Assembly (NCBI RefSeq): GCF_036971445.1
Contig: NW_027211972.1
Span: forward strand, 248,001-312,000
Source: Narcine bancroftii
Taxonomy: Eukaryota
Direction of reading: 5' to 3'
Length of the DNA: 64,000 nt
Within the stretch, counting starts at the first letter, position 1. Each line of letters begins with the position of its first letter. This document shows, one piece after another, positions 57,201-64,000 of the stretch. The position numbers and the translations under genes were made by a program. The notes beneath the pieces were generated by a model that saw only the letters and a program-made list of their open reading frames with translations, was not told the DNA's origin and ran no database searches.

Positions 57201-59897
57201 GGCATACACGGTAAACGGTCGGTCTCGACAGGTTTCCTGTACGTATGTACAGTATGTATGTACACTTGGAGAGAGGAATTCCCCCTCCCCCACCCCCACC
57301 ATCTCCACTCCCCCTCAGCCCAGACCCCATACACCTACCCTGGGAGAAGGCGTCGTGAGACCAGCTTGAGCCCACGTTGGGCGCCCCGTCGTTCAGGAAC
57401 ACATCTGCCTTCCAGCTGTGCAGCTCCCTGCTCAGGGCCTGCAGACATACAAGGAGGGAAGGTCTGAAGGGATGGGGGTTGGAGGGTGGTGATCCACAGG
57501 GCGGGAGGGCACCTTGCTGCACCCCGACGCGGGAATCGAGGGACCGGGAACCCGAAGGTGACCCTCAGCGGCTCCTTCCCTGCTGGTTTCTGAGACTCCC
57601 AGCATCTGGAGGGCTCGGGGGGGGAGACATCTAGGGGGGGTGGGGGGTTGGGGGGTGTGTGGTCGCTGGAAAGTCCGGCAATAGGTCCGGGCATACCTGA
57701 CGGCATCTGTCCGTGGTTATGTCCTCCTGAATCGAGACCACATTGGGGATGGATTTAATAGGAACGAGGTCCACACCTGGAAACGGGAGCAGATTCAGCA
57801 TCGGTCCCAGTTCCCCCCCCACCCCCCGCCAAGGGAAGAGCTCTCAACGGTTACAATGGAATACGGACAGGACAGGGAATGGGGAGAGGGGTCGGGGACA
57901 GTGCGGGAGGTTACGGACAGGAAGGGGAGCAGGGAGAGGGGTCGGGGACAGTCCAGGAGGTTATGGGCAGGATGGGGAGTGGGGAGAGGGGTCGGGGTCA
58001 GTCCAGGAGGTTATTGACAGGACGGGGAAGTGGAGAGAGGTGTTGGGGACAGTGCAGAAGGTTACGGATGGGACGGGAAGTGGAGAGGGGTCATGGCAGA
58101 GAAGATTTTCTGGAATGTTGCCCGGACGTCAGGGACTGAGTCACAGGAAAGGTTCAACCAGTTCCCTGGAGGGTAGAAGAACAGGGGTGGGATTTGACAG
58201 TTAAAATGATGAAGGAAAGAGGGAGATGTAGGGGGGCTTTTTCCCCACTTAACCAGAGGACACGAGTTCATGGGAGGAGTTTTGGGGAAAGTCTCCACAC
58301 AGAGGACTGAAAGAGGGTGCCTGGGGAGGATGATGGAGATGGCGATTGCTCACCAATGATCAGACTGGACACTGGCATTGAAGTCGAGGCCACCTGCAGC
58401 CTGTGGACGGGAAACGGAAGCATCGTCAGCGAGGGGGGAGATCGGCCCCACCGCTCCCTACACCCCACACCACCCCTGGTGAATACTGCAGCGGGGAAAG
58501 CGGTCCCTTTTAAATCATGACACATCCCGTTCCCATGATCTTCATCCAGCCCACGCCCCTCACTACCCCACTGTTCACCGTGTACCCCCAGCCACTTTCC
58601 CAACGTGCCCTACCGTCCACCATGTATGGCTGACCTCTGTCCCACTGTGTCCCTCAGTGCCCAAGCGGTCACCGTGTATGCCCAACCTCTGTCCCACCAC
58701 GCCCCTCAGTGCCTGACTGTTCACCGTGTACACCCGACCTCTATCCCACCACGCCCCTCAGTGCCCAACCATCCACCATGTACGCCTGACCTCTGTCCCA
58801 CTCACCCCCCTCCCCCTCACCATCCTCCAGGAGCCGCACACAGGTCCACGAGGACTCGGGCTTTCTGCAGAAACTGAAACCTGCGGTTCAGCTGGATGAG
58901 TTTGAAGGCTGATCGAGATCGGTAACCTGAGGAAGGGAGAAGAGATGTGAGGGCGCTTCCCAGGAAGGGGAGGGAGTCTCCTGGGGATTGTGGTAGCTTT
59001 CCACGAGGGGGAGGGAGATGCCTGGGAGAGAGATGCTCGGGAGGGAGCCCCTAAAGGGGCAAGAGCTCCCTGAGGGCAGTGAGTGCTTCCCAGGAGGGGA
59101 GGGAGCTTCCCAGGTGAGAGAGCTTCCCAGGAAAGTGAGGGATCCCATCAGGAGGGAGAGGAAGCTCCCTGGGAGGGTGGAAGATCCAGGAGTGTGAGGG
59201 AGCAATCCCAGATGTTGAGGGGCTTCATAGGTGAGGGAGCTTTTCCAATGTGAGGGATCATCCCAGCATGGGGAGGAAGCTTCCTGTCATGGTGAGGGAG
59301 ATTTCTTGGTGAGGGAGCATCCCTGAAGGTAAGGGGGTTTCCCTGAGTGAAGGAGCTTCCCCTGGTGAGGGAGCATCCCAGGTGAGGGATCCTCCCAGGA
59401 TGATGAGCGAGCTTCCCAGGATGGTGAGTGATTCCCTGAAGGTGAGAGAGCATCCCCAGAAGGTGAGGGAGCATTCCTCAAGGTGAGTGAGCATCACTGA
59501 AGGAGCTTCCATGAAGGTGAGGGAGCATCCCTGAAGGTGAGGGAGCATCCCTGAAGGTGAGGGAGCATCCCTGAAGTTGAGGGAGGATCCCCCAGAAGGT
59601 GAGGACTAGTCCCCCGAAGGTGAGGGAGCGTCTCATGAGTGAGAAGCAGCTTCCCGGCCATTATGATGTGTCTATGACGTTACGCCTCTGACATCATCCT
59701 TTCGACGTCGCAACGGCCTCCCACGTGACCCCTTCTTCGTGTGGCCCACGTGACCCCCTTCTTCGTGTGGCCCAATTTACCCCCCCCCTCTCACAATGGT
59801 CCCCTATGTCACACCCCCCCACCCCGTTACCGGTCTCCTTGGCGAGGTGGTAGAACTTGTCCCGCCGGCCCTTGCCCGTCTTCAGCTTCTTCCCCAT
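54232..59897 (-). CDS. FTSJ3: Pre-rRNA 2'-O-ribose methyltransferase FTSJ3 (Spb1), exons 1-11; 3' part missing; two apparent frameshifts
   Basis: Exons 59897-59831 ([23 protein letters not shown]), 58926-58821 ([22 protein letters not shown]), 58400-58354, 57776-57697 (VDLVPIK..QEDITT), 57438-57339 (LNDGAPNVG), 56948-56753 ([29 protein letters not shown]), 56128-56013, 55867-55763, 55511-55411 ([12 protein letters not shown]), 54647-54561 and 54349-54232. The K-D-K-E catalytic tetrad residues are all visible. Confidence 0.92.
55583..55747. other. Assembly gap (165 N) in an FTSJ3 intron
   Basis: Run of N. Confidence 1.
58950..59640. repeat. ~20-bp minisatellite (GAAGGTGAGGGAGCATCCCT) in FTSJ3 intron 1
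   Basis: Degenerate tandem units, perfect at ~59510-59575. Confidence 0.85.
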
Positions 59898-60329
59898 GGC
59901 GGCGGCGGCAGCTCGACGTAATGACTTCAGCGCGCTGCCGTATCGCCGCCCCCGCGTCACATGAGGCCGGGTGCGCCAATGGCCAATGAGAGAGAGGAAG
60001 ACGGATGACACTCGGAGGGACAATGGACCGGCTCATTATTCCAACCAATGGGAAGAGAGTGTGAAAAGCCTCGTGAGGGATGAAAGGGTCCACCACTAAC
60101 ACCACGTGGAGCCGCTCAGCGAGCTGCAGCCGCACCATATCCTGTCCCAGTCGCTGAACTGACAAACTGCAGTACTGATCTCTCTTTCCCTCCCGACTTG
60201 TCTCTGTGCTTCCAAAACCACATGATCCTACTAGAAAAGCAGGTTTCCCTCCAGCACGCGGTTGCTGCCGTCGGTGAAGTCTTTCCAAGAGCTTTGGCAA
60301 AGGCACTCGGCGCCGGCCAGCGTCTCATT

Positions 60330-60885
60330 TTTTTCACACTGTGAACCATCCAAAAAATGTACAAACGTATCTCATTAAATTTACACAGTGGTCTTTTCTC
60401 CCCTTCCCTCCCTCCCCTCTCCCCACCCCCTCCAATACCCATAAATATTCAACATAGACAATAAAACCTTCAAACAACGTCTTCACACAAAGGAAAATAA
60501 ACAAGAAAAATGCATCATCTATTTATTACACACTGAATCTAGTTGTCGTCTTATCATTTTCATTCTCATTCTAGGGGATGGAGATTGTAGGCAAGCTCTC
60601 TCTTATGTTCCATGTACGGTTCCCAAATTTGTTCAAACATAGTGACTTTATTTTTTTAATTATATGTTATTTTTTCCAATGGAATACATTTATTCATTCC
60701 CATGTACCATTGCTGTACTCTCAGGCTCTCTTCTGATTTTCAAGTTGACATTATACATTTTTTTGCTATCACTAAGGCTATCAGAATGAATTTTTTTTTT
60801 GCACTTTATCCAATTTGAGGCCGAATTCTCTACTTCTTATGTTACTTAAAAGAAATATTTCTGGTATTTTTGGTATGTTATTTTT
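60330..60885 (-). mobile_element. Decayed 3' end of an L1-like LINE ORF2 plus 3'UTR
   Basis: The minus strand translates as NNIPKIPEIFLLSNI.., then (frameshifted) IALVIAKKCIMSTWKSE..QQWY..CIPLEKITY..FEQIWEPY, which resembles fish L1 ORF2 C-termini. There is an abrupt shift to AT-rich sequence. Confidence 0.65.
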
Positions 60886-61115
60886 GCGCCTCATAGTTCG
60901 GTGGGCAGCAACCTCCTTTGAAGAAGACCGCAGAGCCCACCTCACTGACAAAAGACAAAGGAGGAAAAACCCAACACCCAACCCAAACCAACCAATTTTC
61001 CCTTGCAACCGCTGCAACCGTGCCTGCCTGACCCACATCGGACTTGTCAGTCACCAACGAGCCTGCAGCAGACGTGGACATACCCCTCCATAAATCTTCA
61101 TCCGCGAAGCCAAGC
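60886..61115 (+). mobile_element. 5'-truncated RTE-clade LINE 3' end
   Basis: Encodes AATSFEEDRRAHLTDKRQRRK..FPCNRCNRACLTHIGLVSHQRAC, the C-terminal CxxC..IGLxSH motif typical of RTE elements, followed by a stop and a short tail. Confidence 0.7.
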
Positions 61116-61916
61116 TGTGAGAGATGAGTAACACTGATCTAAAAGAAAAGTGAGGATTGTGAGAGATGAGTAAAACTGATATAAAAATATGAAGATGAAG
61201 AAACTAGTATAGATATATGTGTAATGAATAAAGCCAGTATGAATATGTTAGAAACAGAAGTACCTTCGCAGAATTTGCTCGAGACAAAAATTGAGAACAA
61301 AGAACATTTATTATACAACAATGCAAAGTTGGGTGCTTCCCCTTACCCTGGGAATACACACATACACTGGGGCTCACCCAACTTTTATACAGTTTATTTC
61401 AGCATAGGAATACCCTCCCCCTACTGCCTCCTGGATAGGTTTGGCATTAGGCAATCCTGCCTGCCTACGTGCTGTTTCTGTGAACTTGGAGGACCAGGGG
61501 TATCCTGTCGGGTGTCTAATCATGTCATTATCCTCATTGTCCTTGTTCACAAACTTGTCTTTGTTCTAATTTACACCTTCCCTCTTCATATGTAGAACTT
61601 GCTAATACTGTCTAGGGCTTACTAATTACATATGCAAAACCTGCTAATTCTATCTAGGGCTAGAAGACCCTTATCTTATTCAGACTAACTCTACTTCCTA
61701 CATTCTATTATCTATTGTCTATCCTTATCTCATTCATACTTGAACTTGCTGATTCTGTCTAAAAGGCTAGAAGATTCTTATCTTACTCAGACTGACTCTG
61801 CTTCCTACATTCTAATCCTGTTCATACTGGCTTTATTCATTTACCCATATATTAGTTTCCTCATCTTCATATTTTTATATCAGTTTTACTCATCTCTCAC
61901 AATCCTCACTTTTCTT

Positions 61917-62495
61917 TTAGATCAGTATTACTGATCTCTCAACTGAAATGTATTGCTTGCAAACTTGGCCTTTTTCCCAGCTGGTCAGTAAACAAACTGC
62001 AGTCTCAGTATCATTAGGCAGAATTAGAGAAACATACATCCTTTGGGTTATACTATTCTGACGAGGGGTTCGATGAATTAAATACTGCACACAAGTCTTT
62101 AGGCAGGGGAGCACCATAATGGTCAGAATAGCGAGTCCAGCTGCTATAAGGGCTGTGGGTATCAGACTCCAGTTACCAATAAAAAGTCTAGTCCATCCCA
62201 CACCGGATCGAGGTTGCCACGTTTGAACCTGGGCATGGGAAGATTTTCGAACTCCTGAAGAAGTGTCTTTAACCGCCTGACCGTTATGAGCATTGTCATT
62301 AATCAGTCTTTCACAAACGCTGCCTTCAGCAGCCAACGAGTAATCGAGAGCCAGGCGGTTTTGTTGAACTGTGGCTCGTATCTGTCGTCTTTCTTCAGCC
62401 CATAATTCAGGGCAATCGCTGTCTGTTCGGTGATGATCTCCAAGGCTGCCTGGAGTCTGATTAAATGATTTAAATGCCAAGCAGCTTTAGTATTC
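61917..62495 (-). pseudogene. env: Gamma-type (ERV3/HERV-R-like) Env transmembrane subunit remnant, copy 1
   Basis: LNHLIRLQAALEIITEQTAIAL/(frameshift)ELWAEERRQIRATVQQNRLALDYSLAAEGSVC..HAQVQTW, followed by the hydrophobic anchor LIPTALIAAGLAILTIMVLPCL. The immunosuppressive-domain motif QNRLALDY is present and CX6CC is degenerate. Confidence 0.8.
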
Positions 62496-62602
62496 ATTAC
62501 ACATACTAGTTTCCTCATCATATTTTTATATCAGTTTTACTCATCTCTCACAATCCTCACTTTTCTTTTAGCTACGCTTCGTGACTTCTCAACTGGAATG
62601 TA

Positions 62603-63145
62603 TTACTTGCAAACTTGGTCTTTTTCCCAGCTGGTCAGTAAACGAACTGTAGTCTCAGCATCATCAGACAGAATTTGGGAAACATACATCCTTTGGGTTC
62701 TAGTGGTCTGACGAGGGGTCCGTTGAATTAAATACTGCACACAAGTCTTTAGGCAGGGGAGCACCATAATGGCCAGAATAGCGAGTCCAGCTGCTATAAG
62801 GGCTGTGGGTATCAGACTCCAGTTACCAATAAAAAGTCTAGTCCATCCCACACCGGACCGAGGTTGCCACGTCTGAACCTGGGCATGGGAAGATTTTCGA
62901 ACTCCTGAAGAAGTGTCTTTAACCGCCTGACCGTTATGAGCATTGTCATTAATCAGTCTTTCACAAACGCTGCCTTCAGCAGCCAACGAGTAATCGAGAG
63001 CCAGGCGGTTTTGTTGAACTGTGGCTCGTATCTGTCGTCTTTCTTCAGCCCATAATTCAGGGCAATCGCTGTCTGTTCAGTGATGATCTCCAAGGCTGCC
63101 TGGAGTCTGATTAAATGATTTAAATGCCAAGCAGCTTTAGTATTC
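62603..63145 (-). pseudogene. env: Env TM remnant, copy 2 (tandem duplicate)
   Basis: Near-identical to copy 1, with the same frameshift. It diverges mainly in the cytoplasmic tail. Confidence 0.8.
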
Positions 63146-64000
63146 TGGCGCAGCTTACTTCCTTTACAACTTTAGAGTCGGGAAGGTGTGAATTAGAACA
63201 AAGGCAGGTTTGTGAATAAGGACAATAAGGATAATGACATGATGGGACACCGACAGGATACCCCTTGGTCCTCCAAGTTCACAGAAACAGCACGTAGGCA
63301 GGCAGGATTGCCTAATGCCAAACTCATCCAGGAGGCAGAAGAATGTAAGGGGGAGGGTATTCCTATACTTAAATCAACTGTATAAAAGTTGGGTGAGCCC
63401 CAGTGTATGTGTGTTTTCCCAGGGTAAGGGGAAGCAGCCAACTTTGCATTATTGTATAATAAATGTTCTTTGTTCTCAATTTTTGTCTCGAGCAATTTCT
63501 GTGAAGGTACTTCTGTTTCTAACAAATGGGGACTCGTCCTGGATCCCACTCCCTCCACTGACAGAGTGCCCGACGATGGGGGTAGGTGCACCCCAGCTGA
63601 TTCAGCTGGACTCACGGACGGCGGGTGACTGGTCAGTGGATGAAGCGAGTGATATCCGAGAAGAGGCATTGAGAACAAACAACGAGAGGACGTTAAGGAA
63701 GCGCGCTAGAAATAGCAACTGGATCCCGGTAAGAGAAATTTTACTTACCTGTTAGTATGGGAGGTGTGAGTAGTAAGGAAGAGAGTCCTAACGAAGGATG
63801 GGAAGATCAGATAACCAAGCAAAGTCCGTTAGGATTAATGCTATCTGATTGGGGTGCGGGGAGAACCCGTGGGAAAGACAAACTGACCATGGTCAGGTAT
63901 TGCTGTCTGGAATGGGTTAAAAGTCCGATAAAAGGGAGTTCAGTATATTGGCCAAAGCTTGGATCCGAGGATGACTGGATGTGTCAGGCATTGAACATCT

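Larger units (their letters stand above)
61117..64000 (-). mobile_element. Rearranged endogenous retrovirus remnant (continues beyond the window)
   Basis: Two Env-TM copies, inverted duplications (61117-61245 vs ~61820-61930; 61247-61572 vs ~63191-63523) and a minus-strand consensus donor AG|GTAAGT at ~63750. Confidence 0.7.

Noticed and set aside
58440-58555. Hairpin-rich segment in FTSJ3 intron 2 (and 57480-57620) as snoRNA
   Set aside because: Stems are present, but box C/D or H/ACA motifs are not correctly placed.
61224-61595. 123-aa ORF and its inverted 161-aa counterpart (63193-63678) as a host gene
   Set aside because: They lie in the ERV inverted duplication, the copies differ by frameshifts, and I recognise no domain.

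Overview
This is vertebrate nuclear DNA, gene-dense and packed with minisatellites. The repeat and LINE types suggest a cartilaginous fish, but that is a low-confidence inference. I rebuilt seven spliced genes exon by exon from GT-AG boundaries and recognisable peptides: TMX2 (-, last exon off the left edge), MED19 (+, head-to-head with TMX2), ZDHHC5 (+, with a U12-type minor intron), VPS37C-like (-), OSBP (-), PATL1 (-, 5' exons missing) and FTSJ3 (-, 3' exons missing). PATL1 and FTSJ3 meet at a 200-N scaffold gap. The right end holds nested LINE fragments and a rearranged endogenous retrovirus with two tandem Env-TM remnants and inverted duplications. Almost all long ORFs in the supplied track, including the 1445-aa one, are artefacts of tandem repeats. 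I found no CRISPR array, prokaryote-type system or convincing RNA gene, and no clearly new biological system. The best leads are: (i) frameshifts or stops in VPS37C, PATL1 and FTSJ3 while their four neighbours are intact (real decay or assembly error); (ii) several dispersed minisatellite families that behave like mobile elements and flank ZDHHC5 exons in inverted orientation; (iii) an extra MED19 intron, a duplicated OSBP exon end with its own donor, and a strong overlapping uORF in ZDHHC5; (iv) the scrambled ERV. Gene names and human comparisons come from recalled protein and exon knowledge, not from a database search.
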